From positions 32,001 to 96,000 of IMG/VR virus record IMGVR_UViG_3300033148_008025: DNA of 64,000 bases; one strand, given 5' to 3'. Below the pieces are notes generated by a model. It did not search any database and was not told where the DNA came from. It worked only from the letters and a program-made list of their open reading frames with translations. Shown here in pieces: positions 7,937 to 17,117 of the stretch. Numbering within the stretch: position 1 is the stretch's first letter; every line of letters begins with the position of its first letter. Both the position numbers and the translations under genes were made by a program. Source of the DNA: a virus.

Positions 7937-8509
7937 TTATTTCAGGGCCCATGCCGTGTCTGCCACTCCAGTTTTCAGCCAGAGTTCACCCGTGCCAGCG
8001 TTGTCTCTTGAGCCAAGAGAGCCGATTGGTGCAGCTACTCCGGTTACGCTTGGGTCCGTTGTTAGCAGGTATGGGAGTCTTCGATTTGCTGCACGCATCC
8101 AATCCGTCTGTGCCCTGTGCCAGCCTTTCGTGTTTCCATTGGCGTTGGACTCAGTCTCTTCGCCGTAGCCAGAAATTCTCGCAGCCGTGTTTGGCATTGG
8201 TAGCGAAACCCGAATGTTCTGCTCGTACATGCCGTTGGCAACGCTTGCTCGAACAACGATAGTTCCAGATTCCGCATCCGCATCCGATGGAACTGTCATC
8301 GTCGGTGTTGCGGTGGTTGGGTTGATGAGGGATACCGACGAATCGAGCGGTGACTCGTCGATAAACCATTCGTAGTCTTCTTCTGAGTTTTCAGGGGCAG
8401 TGTCTACGAAGGAAAGCACCTCTCCCTCGACCAGGTCGTCTTTGTCAACGCCATCCAGCTCAGGGCCAGAAGTGCTTCCTGTTACCTGTATGACTGGCTG
8501 TGCTGGCAT
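7937..8509 (-). CDS. stand-alone paralog of the long-fibre N-terminal module (Ig/PKD-like plus attachment segment)
   Basis: Aligns end to end with aa 1-190 of 9426..14642, for example GEETESNANGNTKGWH. Confidence 0.8.
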   Translation of the reverse strand: MPAQPVIQVTGSTSGPELDGVDKDDLVEGEVLSFVDTAPENSEEDYEWFIDESPLDSSVSLINPTTATPTMTVPSDADAESGTIVVRASVANGMYEQNIRVSLPMPNTAARISGYGEETESNANGNTKGWHRAQTDWMRAANRRLPYLLTTDPSVTGVAAPIGSLGSRDNAGTGELWLKTGVADTAWALK

Positions 8510-8515
8510 GGCTGA

Positions 8516-9004
8516 CTAGTTCTGAGCTTGATCTGCGCTTGCAGCTTTTTTGTTTGCAGCTTTTTGTGTTGCAACCCTCTTCGCCTTGCTCGGCTTCTTT
8601 TCTTTGAGGTCGACAACCAGCTCGATGAATGGCATGAACTGCATTGCAATAAATCCATCCCGATAGAGAGGCTGCGATGGGTTCTTGATGACATCGACAA
8701 GAAGCTTCCAATCGCTCTCGTCAAGAATCACCACGGCTCCAGCCTTCGCTCCCTTGCACGCTTTTGTGATTCTAGTGATTTGCTCCCAGGACTCAAATCC
8801 TTCATTGAACTTTTTGTCACGAAGGGCAAACGTCCTGATCCAACTCCAAAATGTTTCCGGATCTGCATCTCGAAAGATGGGACTTGCTCCAGCCTGCATT
8901 TCTGCTTGGCTTGGCTGTGTCTTCTTGTCATCAAGAGCCTGAATCGGCTTGTCGTTGTCGTCGAGAAGGACGATTGGTTCTGGGATGGTGAGATATCTTG
9001 GCAT
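8516..9004 (-). CDS. hypothetical protein, possible fibre assembly chaperone
   Basis: AGAGG SD before ATG 9004; position after the fibre gene; basic C-terminal tail. Confidence 0.55.
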   Translation of the reverse strand: MPRYLTIPEPIVLLDDNDKPIQALDDKKTQPSQAEMQAGASPIFRDADPETFWSWIRTFALRDKKFNEGFESWEQITRITKACKGAKAGAVVILDESDWKLLVDVIKNPSQPLYRDGFIAMQFMPFIELVVDLKEKKPSKAKRVATQKAANKKAASADQAQN

Positions 9005-9076
9005 TTGATGTTTTCCTCTGATTGGGATTTGTGCGGGTACTATGTTTTGCAGTACCCGCACAGCATCATACACATT

Positions 9077-9406
9077 TTAGAGTCCGAGGACAGCCTTCCC
9101 GTCATCGTGGATGCGCTTAAGTACGGGGAAAATCTTGTCCTCATCTCCTGCAACAAGGCCAGAGTGGCCATCCATGACTGCGGTCCACTCGGTCCACCGG
9201 ACCCCACCAGATTTTCCATCCGCCCTTATCACAGGAATACCTCGTCGAACAAAGGTTTGCTCTTTGACTGTAGGGCTGCCTGGGATAGCAGGGGGTAAGC
9301 CGATCACGTCTTCATGATCGGATGGGAGTACAAGGAACTCAATGCGGGTTCCCGCGGAGACGTTTCCGTCTGTCATTTCATTTGCTGATTCGCCTGCGAT
9401 TGCCAT
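9077..9406 (-). CDS. hypothetical fibre-cluster protein
   Basis: ATG at 9406 lies 19 nt after the fibre stop, with a purine-rich SD. Confidence 0.55.
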   Translation of the reverse strand: MAIAGESANEMTDGNVSAGTRIEFLVLPSDHEDVIGLPPAIPGSPTVKEQTFVRRGIPVIRADGKSGGVRWTEWTAVMDGHSGLVAGDEDKIFPVLKRIHDDGKAVLGL

Positions 9407-9425
9407 TTGTTTTTCTTTCCGTTGG

Positions 9426-12400
9426 TTAACACTCGACGCCGAGTGTTGCAAAAACTTTACGAGAACCCGAGTACGACCCGTTAAACAGTGCTCTGATTCT
9501 AACAAGGTCGCCCTTGCTCGCTGCGTCTGTATCCTTGGCTTGCGATGCGTAGTTCACTCGGTCTGTCGGTGCCGTGGTGTTCAGCACTGTTGCTGGGCTA
9601 CCGGACGAGCCCCAAGCATCGCTCCAAGAAGAACCTTCGTCATCTGAGGTCTGCACCCAGAAACTCACCTGTCCCGTACCTAGTGCTGTCTCAGCCCACA
9701 CTGAAATCTCGACGATGGAACCATCACGCGGCATAACAAACCAACCGTAGGAGTCGTCGCCTACTGTGGTCGAGCCATCAAACCGCATAGTATATGTATT
9801 GGACGCTGCTGGGCTGGTTAGATACACAAGAGGCAGAGTTCTTCTGAAGCCTCCTAGCGCGTCGATGTCGAGCGATGCAGTGAGACTGGAGCAAGTAACA
9901 GCGCCACCACACGTTATGGCATCTACGTATAGTCGTTGCCAACGATAAGACGCGTGACCTAGTAACCTAGAACTGTCGGTGCTGGGCCTTACGTCACAGT
10001 TGAAGTGTGCGCCAGAAGAAGTACCGTAGGGAGACTTGAAGGTCAACATCGTTGACCAACCCGTGCTGTCCTGCGTAGCTATCTCAAAGCTTGAATCGAA
10101 CGAAGCTTCTGATTGACTGCCTGCTTTCGCCTGCATAGACCAATTGAACGTACGTAGTGCATCTCCGTACACTGAGCCTTGCCACAGCAATGCCGGTGAG
10201 TCTTGTTCGCCATAGGTCACGTCTGCGTCGGTAGAGTTAGCTAACTCAAGACCTGCAACGTTATGGTCGACTGAAGGACTCGCGTCCCGAACATCGTTGC
10301 GGTAAATCGAGGAGACAGGAACGCCTGTGCCGTTAGATGTCCAACGCTGACGTTCAGTACCACTTGCTGTAACTGCCATCACGCTACCACCAGGGAAGAA
10401 GACCCCTGTATCAGCGTCTGAGTTATTCCTAATCCCTGGAACACTTTCTGTGCCTGTTATCACGGAGAGAGGCACGTAGACCGACAGGATGGTGTTCTTC
10501 AGGTACATCCGACGAGTACCACCAGTCCAGAACTCTAGCTGATCGTCTAGTGGCGCAGTGATGTACGTGTCGCTGGCGTCGAAGTACGTAGCTTGACCTA
10601 AGCCACCGTAGGTGTTCGCAGCGTTGTACATGTGCTGAGAACCGTCCCAGCGACAAGCCTCTAAGAGAGCTGTGGATACTGCAATCTCGGAGTTCGCAGG
10701 GCGGAAGAGTCCTGAGTTGTTGTCGTTCAGGCGTAGTGCAGGAACGGCTGCGTTGTCACCGAAGCCAGACGTTATGTTGATGTCATGAAAACCAATCCCA
10801 AGCCTGTGCCTCTGGGAAGATGCAGAGTATATGTAGAGCACGTCACCCGCACCGTGGTGGATGTAGTCACCCGACGCAACGGGGCCAAAGTATATCCTCG
10901 GATTAGAATTATTGGGTCCTATGTTGATGTCTCCATCCGAGTAAACCTTGAGGACGTCTTCGTATGCTCCACCATCGAGGCTACTCTTTAAGACAAGTTC
11001 TGATGTGGGAGTTGCAGCGTCCTCGACAGTCTCAAGTTGGAAAGCCATCTTGGCTTCTTGGGACTCTACACCCGTGAGGCGTGTCTGCCCTTCGAAGACG
11101 AGCATGGGTGAGTACTGGACGACACCATCTGCTGCATCTTGCAGGTTGAGAAGCTCTACACTGTGAGTCTCTGCCGTTCCGATGTTGTCGTATCGGCCTC
11201 GAAGTTGCCGCCCGAAGACTGTGCTCCATTGCCTGGTCGCACCTCCAAGATTCTTGGTGTTATCTGTGCTCGGCCTAAACGTTGTCGTGACATCGGTATT
11301 GCTCGAACCAAGATTGAGAATCTTGACGCCTAGGTATGCCAGTGAAAGCCCCCCAGCGTCGAGGTAGGTTCCGCTCGTGACGTCGCTTGCGTAGCTGTAG
11401 CTCGGGGCTCCTACTAACCCGTCTGGTACAAGAGTTTGCTGGGATGCGTTCCAGCGCATGGCTTCTAAGCCTGCTGTCGAAATACCGACCTCAGATGCAG
11501 CTGGGCGAAAGACACCTGAGTTTGTGTCAGAGAGCCTAATCGCAGGAGCAGCAGCCGAGCTACCTGCTGTATTTATCTCGTAATAACCTGCGCCGAATTT
11601 GTGCCATTGCCCTGAACCCATGCTGAGTGCCATATAGTTCGACGACGACATGGTGATGTAGTTCGTGGAGCTGTTCGTACCCATGCGAATTCGCGCAGTG
11701 GCACTAACCGGGTTGACCACAAGGTCTCCACCTGACTGAATGACTAAGCGGTCGTCGTATGCTGCGCCGTCTATGCTGCTCTTGAACACAAGGTCGCCAG
11801 TGGGCGGACCTGCCTGTTCTTCCGTGCGAGTCTGCATGGCAAACGCAACGTACTTTGAGCCAACAGCAACAGAGTCATAACCCATCCCCGCCAGCCTAAT
11901 CATGGCGCTGTATTGCTGCGTGCCGCCTCCAATGGCCCCGCTTGAGTTGACAAGGTTGTAGCCTACGCTTTCACCTTCGCCGACGTTCGTGCTGTAGTGT
12001 GTGTGTGTGGCCGCGTTGTAGATATGGCGTGCTCCACCAGCAATGATGAACTGCACGTTGTCATCGGCAGACGCTTTGAACATTGTGTCGCCATCGTCGT
12101 CCAACACAAGTCCCTGACCTGTGCCAAGAACAACGTCACCCGAAAAGGTCGCGTCTAGAGAGGCGTCTAGCAGCAGAGCCTGAGTTCCTCCTGTTGCAAA
12201 GCCTAGAGTGTCTGGGGCTCCAGCGTTCCCCCAGAAGACCCCGGTGTCTACGTCTCCTTGTGATGCTAGTTGCAGTACCGAAGCCGAACCTGAAGCGCTA
12301 GCAGTTCGAATTACGCCGCCACGCAGGAACATGGAGGAGGTCCCGTTGACTACAAATCCCACGGTACCCGCAGCAACTAGGTACATTCCTGATGTTGTCT

Positions 12401-14642
12401 GTGCGCTGAAAGAGTATGTAGGAGCACCAGACGTGCCGCTGCCTAACTGGTGCGGGTCTGGGTGCGTGCCGCCTACGCCTAGCTGAGTCGATACACCAAG
12501 CCCGTCGATGAACCAGAGCGTCTGGTCGTTCTTTGCCCAGACTTGACCGTAACCAGCGTTGCTCGCTGTTGCTGCTGCGCGTTCTTGCAGCTCAAGAGTA
12601 TTACTAATGCGCATCACTGTTGTAGACATGCGCATCTGCTCTGCACCGCCTACAGCAAACTTGAGATAGGTGGCGTCTCCGTACATCCCGCTGCCTAGGT
12701 TGGAGCTGAGCGCTAGCGAGGGCGCTGTTGCGAGACCATCTGGAATGACGCTCTGCTGAGATGCGTTCCAGTGCATCGCTGCTGTCGCTGCTGTGGCTAC
12801 ACCTATTGAATCCGCTGCGAGCCGATAGAACCCAGATGTGAGACTCTGGTTCCAAGTAAACGCAGGCGTTGCAGCGCTACCGTTTACGTTAGAGGCTGTC
12901 TGACTAGGGAGAATTCGTAGCGTGGCTGTCGTAGATGCTACAAGCATCAATGAGTGTCCTACGCCTTTGCATATACCCGTAAGTGTAGAGCCGCTGAAGG
13001 CTAGGGAGGGCACCGCTGCGGAGCCGTCAGGTATAATGGTCTGTTGATTCTCGTTCCACCTCATCGCCTCCACACCTGCCGTGGTGACAGCTGCATGGCC
13101 AACAGTGTCGAAAAAGAATCCCGAATCCGCGTCGTCATTGTTCCTAATGCCTGGTGCTAAAGCCGTGCCTGGTATCGGTGACATCGGAACACTCATCGAC
13201 AGGATGGCACCAGTGAGCCGCATACGCCTACCACTCGATGCGTGGAAGTCCATCGTGTCGTCTACGCTGGCGTGTATGTACGTGTCATCGTCATCGTCAA
13301 GAATAAGACGTTGGCCAATGCCCATGCCAACGTTGGCTTTCACAAGCATGTTTTGCGAAGCGTCCAGACGCATCGCTTCTGCTCCAGCCGTAGCAAAACC
13401 CAGAACGTCCGGGTCACCCGAATTACCCCAGAATGTCCCAGTATTCGCGTCGCCCTGAGAACTTAGGTGTAGATTGACTGCGTCACCTGAACCACCTACT
13501 ACGCGAATCTCGCCAGGCACAAGGTGCATTGCTGCACTGCCTTGAACCGTAAATGACATCTGACCAGCAGCCGAGAGGTATCTACCCGTGTTAGTTTCCG
13601 AGGTATAGCTCGACGAAGGCGCGGTCACCGTCCCATCCACTAGGCGCAAGTTTTTGTTCACCTGGACACGCGACGTAGACATGGAAATGATGGACTGTCC
13701 ACCAGCAACCATGCGTGTCTCGCTTGACACGTAGTACATCCCGTAACCAGTTGCCCCCACAAAGGAGTAGGCCGGTGCGCCGGCAGTAGTACTCCCAGCC
13801 CCCAGGGCCTGCCCGGCATCCCATTCAATGGCAGCTCCACTGCCACTGTTTGCAATAGCCAGTGCAGAATCGTTGGCATTTGCACCCATGATAAGGCTGA
13901 GTGCGTTTCCGGAATTTGCCACCGAAACTGGTGCCTTAGTCAGGCTTAGGACATTGTTTCCATCGTCAAGAGCCCTGCTAATAGCCACAGGGCCACTCGC
14001 AGACGTTATGATGGTCGGCCCTCCGTCGTAGGCCTCCTGCAGGTTGCTGACGCCACCACCTCCACCGCCACCAACGAGGGCCCAGGCAGTATCCCCTCCT
14101 CCGGTTTTCTGCCAGAGCTCTCCTACGCCAGCATTGTCTCTTTGGCCAATCGATCCGATCGGCGCTTCTAGTCCTCCACCCGCGCTCGGATCAGCAGACA
14201 GCAAGTACGCAAGCCGTGCGTTCGCTGCTCGCATCCATTCGGTCTGAGACTTGTGCCATCCCTTCGTGTTGCCATTGGCGTTGGATTCAGTCTCTTCGCC
14301 GAAGTGCGGGATCCTCGTCCCAGTATTCGGCTGCGGCAGCGAGATCCTGATTGTGCTCAGGTAGACACCGTTGACAACTCCGCGAAGAAGGACTGTTCCA
14401 GACCCAGTCGCTGCATCTGCTGGAACCACAAAGCTTGGGCTTGCTGTTCCAGCATTGATGAGTGAAATCGAGGTATCTATCGGTGTGTCATCAAGAAACC
14501 ACTGATAGGATTGCCCAGAGTTTGAAGCCTCAGAATCCACAATGGTGACTACTTCACCGGCAATAAGGTTGACCTTATCAACACCAGGAATGCCAGCTCC
14601 TGAGGAAGATCCTGTTGCCTGAATGATTGGATTAGCTGCCAC
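9426..14642 (-). CDS. long tail/virion fibre protein (about 1738 aa)
   Basis: Gly/Ala/Ser/Thr-rich; many AP-x-S/R-x..D/N-T/S-G-x-Y/F repeats; two RPSTD..LG...W repeats; GTG start at 14642 inferred from the paralog (MAANPIIQ versus MPAQPVIQ). Confidence 0.8.
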   Translation of the reverse strand: MAANPIIQATGSSSGAGIPGVDKVNLIAGEVVTIVDSEASNSGQSYQWFLDDTPIDTSISLINAGTASPSFVVPADAATGSGTVLLRGVVNGVYLSTIRISLPQPNTGTRIPHFGEETESNANGNTKGWHKSQTEWMRAANARLAYLLSADPSAGGGLEAPIGSIGQRDNAGVGELWQKTGGGDTAWALVGGGGGGGVSNLQEAYDGGPTIITSASGPVAISRALDDGNNVLSLTKAPVSVANSGNALSLIMGANANDSALAIANSGSGAAIEWDAGQALGAGSTTAGAPAYSFVGATGYGMYYVSSETRMVAGGQSIISMSTSRVQVNKNLRLVDGTVTAPSSSYTSETNTGRYLSAAGQMSFTVQGSAAMHLVPGEIRVVGGSGDAVNLHLSSQGDANTGTFWGNSGDPDVLGFATAGAEAMRLDASQNMLVKANVGMGIGQRLILDDDDDTYIHASVDDTMDFHASSGRRMRLTGAILSMSVPMSPIPGTALAPGIRNNDDADSGFFFDTVGHAAVTTAGVEAMRWNENQQTIIPDGSAAVPSLAFSGSTLTGICKGVGHSLMLVASTTATLRILPSQTASNVNGSAATPAFTWNQSLTSGFYRLAADSIGVATAATAAMHWNASQQSVIPDGLATAPSLALSSNLGSGMYGDATYLKFAVGGAEQMRMSTTVMRISNTLELQERAAATASNAGYGQVWAKNDQTLWFIDGLGVSTQLGVGGTHPDPHQLGSGTSGAPTYSFSAQTTSGMYLVAAGTVGFVVNGTSSMFLRGGVIRTASASGSASVLQLASQGDVDTGVFWGNAGAPDTLGFATGGTQALLLDASLDATFSGDVVLGTGQGLVLDDDGDTMFKASADDNVQFIIAGGARHIYNAATHTHYSTNVGEGESVGYNLVNSSGAIGGGTQQYSAMIRLAGMGYDSVAVGSKYVAFAMQTRTEEQAGPPTGDLVFKSSIDGAAYDDRLVIQSGGDLVVNPVSATARIRMGTNSSTNYITMSSSNYMALSMGSGQWHKFGAGYYEINTAGSSAAAPAIRLSDTNSGVFRPAASEVGISTAGLEAMRWNASQQTLVPDGLVGAPSYSYASDVTSGTYLDAGGLSLAYLGVKILNLGSSNTDVTTTFRPSTDNTKNLGGATRQWSTVFGRQLRGRYDNIGTAETHSVELLNLQDAADGVVQYSPMLVFEGQTRLTGVESQEAKMAFQLETVEDAATPTSELVLKSSLDGGAYEDVLKVYSDGDINIGPNNSNPRIYFGPVASGDYIHHGAGDVLYIYSASSQRHRLGIGFHDINITSGFGDNAAVPALRLNDNNSGLFRPANSEIAVSTALLEACRWDGSQHMYNAANTYGGLGQATYFDASDTYITAPLDDQLEFWTGGTRRMYLKNTILSVYVPLSVITGTESVPGIRNNSDADTGVFFPGGSVMAVTASGTERQRWTSNGTGVPVSSIYRNDVRDASPSVDHNVAGLELANSTDADVTYGEQDSPALLWQGSVYGDALRTFNWSMQAKAGSQSEASFDSSFEIATQDSTGWSTMLTFKSPYGTSSGAHFNCDVRPSTDSSRLLGHASYRWQRLYVDAITCGGAVTCSSLTASLDIDALGGFRRTLPLVYLTSPAASNTYTMRFDGSTTVGDDSYGWFVMPRDGSIVEISVWAETALGTGQVSFWVQTSDDEGSSWSDAWGSSGSPATVLNTTAPTDRVNYASQAKDTDAASKGDLVRIRALFNGSYSGSRKVFATLGVEC

Positions 14643-14752
14643 GGTGAAACCATTGTACAAGGATTGGAAGAGATAGTGCAGTCCCTGGAATTGTGCCAAC
14701 TTTACACCGATCTGACAGACCAGTAGCTAAAAATAGTTTTTGATGCCTTTCT

Positions 14753-14783
14753 CCCAGAAATCACGCTGAGCGTGATTCCTGGG
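14753..14783. repeat. intergenic inverted repeat (hairpin)
   Basis: CCCAG-A-AATCACG-CTGAG-CGTGATT-C-CTGGG; no U-tract on either side. Confidence 0.6.
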
Positions 14784-14796
14784 ATAAGATGCCCTA

Positions 14797-14982
14797 GTGT
14801 TTAGGTCTCTACAGTGCTGGGTACTTGGCCATCGCTGGCGAGTCATGCTCCTGTCTGAAAGACATGAGCGAATGGTGGATGTGCATCCCATGGCTGGAAC
14901 TCTCGCTCACTGCATGAGATGCAGTCTTGTCTGGGATGACATTCCTAGATCTCCCCAAAAATCGACAACTGCCCACCAGTAG
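14797..14982 (+). CDS. small Cys/His protein, DUF1660-like
   Basis: CWVLGHRW...HCMRC pattern of small phage metal-binding proteins. Confidence 0.45.
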   Translation: MFRSLQCWVLGHRWRVMLLSERHERMVDVHPMAGTLAHCMRCSLVWDDIPRSPQKSTTAHQ

Positions 14983-15568
14983 GCTTTTCCAGCATAAACG
15001 TCATGCCAAACCTTCTTCCTTTCAGGGAATCCTTTGGCCACATGTACCAGCAGTATTCGCTGCTATCCTTCTTGCCGTCAGGTCTAAATGATGGCCTCCA
15101 TGGGAGTTGGCCTTTGTCTGGACAGTATTTCGTGAGCCATGGTCCGCGGCCCGCTCCACCAGAAAACCATCCCTGCGCCTGAAGGCAGACAACTATCCGA
15201 GCCCGCAACAGGGCGACTTGCACAAACTGCATTGTTAGACTGAACGGTGGATTCATGATCAGGACGTCGGCCATCGGGATTTCCCATTCCCTGTGAACGA
15301 AGTCCCCATAGGGGAGAATAATGTCTGACTTCCTCTGAAGGTCGCGCAGATACGGATCGAACTCATTATTGAGTTCGCACATGATCCACTTAACGTCTTT
15401 CCTCCTTTCGTTTACTGCGGAGATCATCCTTCCGGTTCCTGCGCACGGCTCGATCCACGTCCCACCCGGCAGCGTGACAAGATCGCTTTCAAGCAGTGAG
15501 TAGACTACTTCCCTTTCTGTTGGGTAGAACTCGTTTTCTTCTACCTTGCGCTTACCCTTCTTACTCAT
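14945..15568 (-). CDS. DNA methyltransferase (N6-adenine/N4-cytosine class)
   Basis: EFYPT, WIEPCAGTG (motif I), MNPPF (motif IV). Confidence 0.85.
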   Translation of the reverse strand: MSKKGKRKVEENEFYPTEREVVYSLLESDLVTLPGGTWIEPCAGTGRMISAVNERRKDVKWIMCELNNEFDPYLRDLQRKSDIILPYGDFVHREWEIPMADVLIMNPPFSLTMQFVQVALLRARIVVCLQAQGWFSGGAGRGPWLTKYCPDKGQLPWRPSFRPDGKKDSSEYCWYMWPKDSLKGRRFGMTFMLEKPTGGQLSIFGEI

Positions 15569-15824
15569 CGATATCGACGTCTGGCTCTATGTCGAAAACA
15601 GGCTCTCTCGAGGAGAACTTAGCAACCTGGAATTTCATTCCAGATTCCCTTGATCCTGCTTTGGCCAGCGTGGCGATTGTTTTCAGTCGCCCTTCACCGC
15701 CAATAAGCGGTTCCATGATCTTGGTTACTGGGTTAACCGCTGATGCGATTCCCTCGTTTCCATTATTGTCACGCCCGAGGACGACGTAGAGTTCAGTGAT
15801 TGTCGAAGGTGTTGTTTCTTTCAT
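15561..15824 (-). CDS. hypothetical protein (87 aa)
   Basis: Overlaps the methyltransferase start; AGGA SD. Confidence 0.6.
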   Translation of the reverse strand: MKETTPSTITELYVVLGRDNNGNEGIASAVNPVTKIMEPLIGGEGRLKTIATLAKAGSRESGMKFQVAKFSSREPVFDIEPDVDIDE

Positions 15825-15875
15825 CGTATTTCCTGGCCATTCTAGGCCTATGTTTGACTATGATACGCTCGGTGC

Positions 15876-16253
15876 ATGACTTCGCACCTTATGATTGGTT
15901 TTACTGATGAGCTTGTGAAGACTGCCGGAAAGACTTCTCTTTTTACGAAAGCACTAAGGCTTGCAGCGAAGACCGAAAAAGGGAAAACCAAAGCCGGCAA
16001 AAAGGTTATTTCCCGTTTAGCCAAAACGCAATCGAAGACGAAGCACGCCCTCAAAGACCCGGAGTATCGGAAAAGGATTGCCGCTGGCGCTACCCTTGGA
16101 GCTGGAACGGGCGCAGCCACGGCAGTGGCTGGCGGAGGTGATGACTCTGTACTAAAAAGGGCTCTCAAAGGAGCTGGAACGGGTGCGGTGGGTGGAACCA
16201 TCACCGGAGCTGCATTCCCGGGCTGGTTCGCTAGGTCTAATCGCCACCTCTAG
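15876..16253 (+). CDS. small basic protein with DELxKxA leader and Gly-zipper helices
   Basis: MTSHLMIGFTDELVKTAG; Lys-rich middle; two Gly/Ala hydrophobic segments. Confidence 0.7.
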   Translation: MTSHLMIGFTDELVKTAGKTSLFTKALRLAAKTEKGKTKAGKKVISRLAKTQSKTKHALKDPEYRKRIAAGATLGAGTGAATAVAGGGDDSVLKRALKGAGTGAVGGTITGAAFPGWFARSNRHL

Positions 16254-16629
16254 CGAGATAGCTTTTTGCAGAAGCAATCGCTTCCTTCTCCCCAGAGTCA
16301 AAGTCCTCTTCCGCAAAGGCGTCGAGTATTTCAAGCAAAGATTTTACAACCAGATCTGCGTCTTGGGACGCTGGCACGGGTCGAGAGTTCCACTCTTCGT
16401 CTCGAAGTGTCCGGACTTTTGACTTAGCAGCCCGCAGATCGCCGAGTCTGCAGGTGAGCGTGTGCTGCGCAGCCCGCTTCCACTTCCAGTATTCTGCTGC
16501 AGGAATCCTATTTCCAGTATCATCCGTCCTCTGTCTATCCCCTAGTTGGGCTTGAATCTCTTGAACTTCGAGGACGATTTTTTGTCTATCGGCCTCGGCC
16601 ATTTCTAGTTGCGTTTTAGGGGTTGGCAT
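16237..16629 (-). CDS. hypothetical helical protein
   Basis: 130-aa ORF in the - strand operon. Confidence 0.6.
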   Translation of the reverse strand: MPTPKTQLEMAEADRQKIVLEVQEIQAQLGDRQRTDDTGNRIPAAEYWKWKRAAQHTLTCRLGDLRAAKSKVRTLRDEEWNSRPVPASQDADLVVKSLLEILDAFAEEDFDSGEKEAIASAKSYLARGGD

Positions 16630-16652
16630 TTTCTATGGGCGTACAATACCAC

Positions 16653-17117
16653 CTAGGCCGCAAAGTTTGGAGAGTGAGCCTTAAACCAGCGCATCCTTCC
16701 GAACAGATCCAATCCCTCAAGGGGGCTACGAAGTGTCCAATGTCCCTCTTCTTGCTCCGCGGCCTCCATGACAGGCTTTGAATAATTCTTCCCCGTGAGG
16801 AAGACAATGTCCAGGTGTAGCAGTGGGTAGATATCGAGAAGGGTGTTAACAACATGTGTACCCCACTCAAAGTGATTAGACTTGGGGATATTTGCCATTG
16901 AATAGTCGTAAGGAGGTATCGGATCGGCTGGTTCAACAACGCCATGTAACGCGGAAAGGAATAGTACATCCCATCCCATGTCCATGGCATACCGGTACCC
17001 CATCCGACAAAGGCTTCCAGTGTAGAGGTCTTTTGCTGGAAGGCTTTTTTCTGTCACAGCTTTTCTCTTACTGCATCCGACCAGTGCAACTGTAATTGGG
17101 CACTCGGATCTCTTCAC
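16653..17117 (-). CDS. DUF6884-like protein
   Basis: ALVGCSKRK...PAKDLYTGSL...LSALHGVV...PYD; GTGA overlap. Confidence 0.7.
   Translation of the reverse strand: MKRSECPITVALVGCSKRKAVTEKSLPAKDLYTGSLCRMGYRYAMDMGWDVLFLSALHGVVEPADPIPPYDYSMANIPKSNHFEWGTHVVNTLLDIYPLLHLDIVFLTGKNYSKPVMEAAEQEEGHWTLRSPLEGLDLFGRMRWFKAHSPNFAA

Noticed and set aside
9426-14642. Diversity-generating retroelement targeting the fibre
   Set aside because: I found no reverse transcriptase or adenine-specific TR/VR pair in the window. The repeats seen are diverged protein-level duplications.
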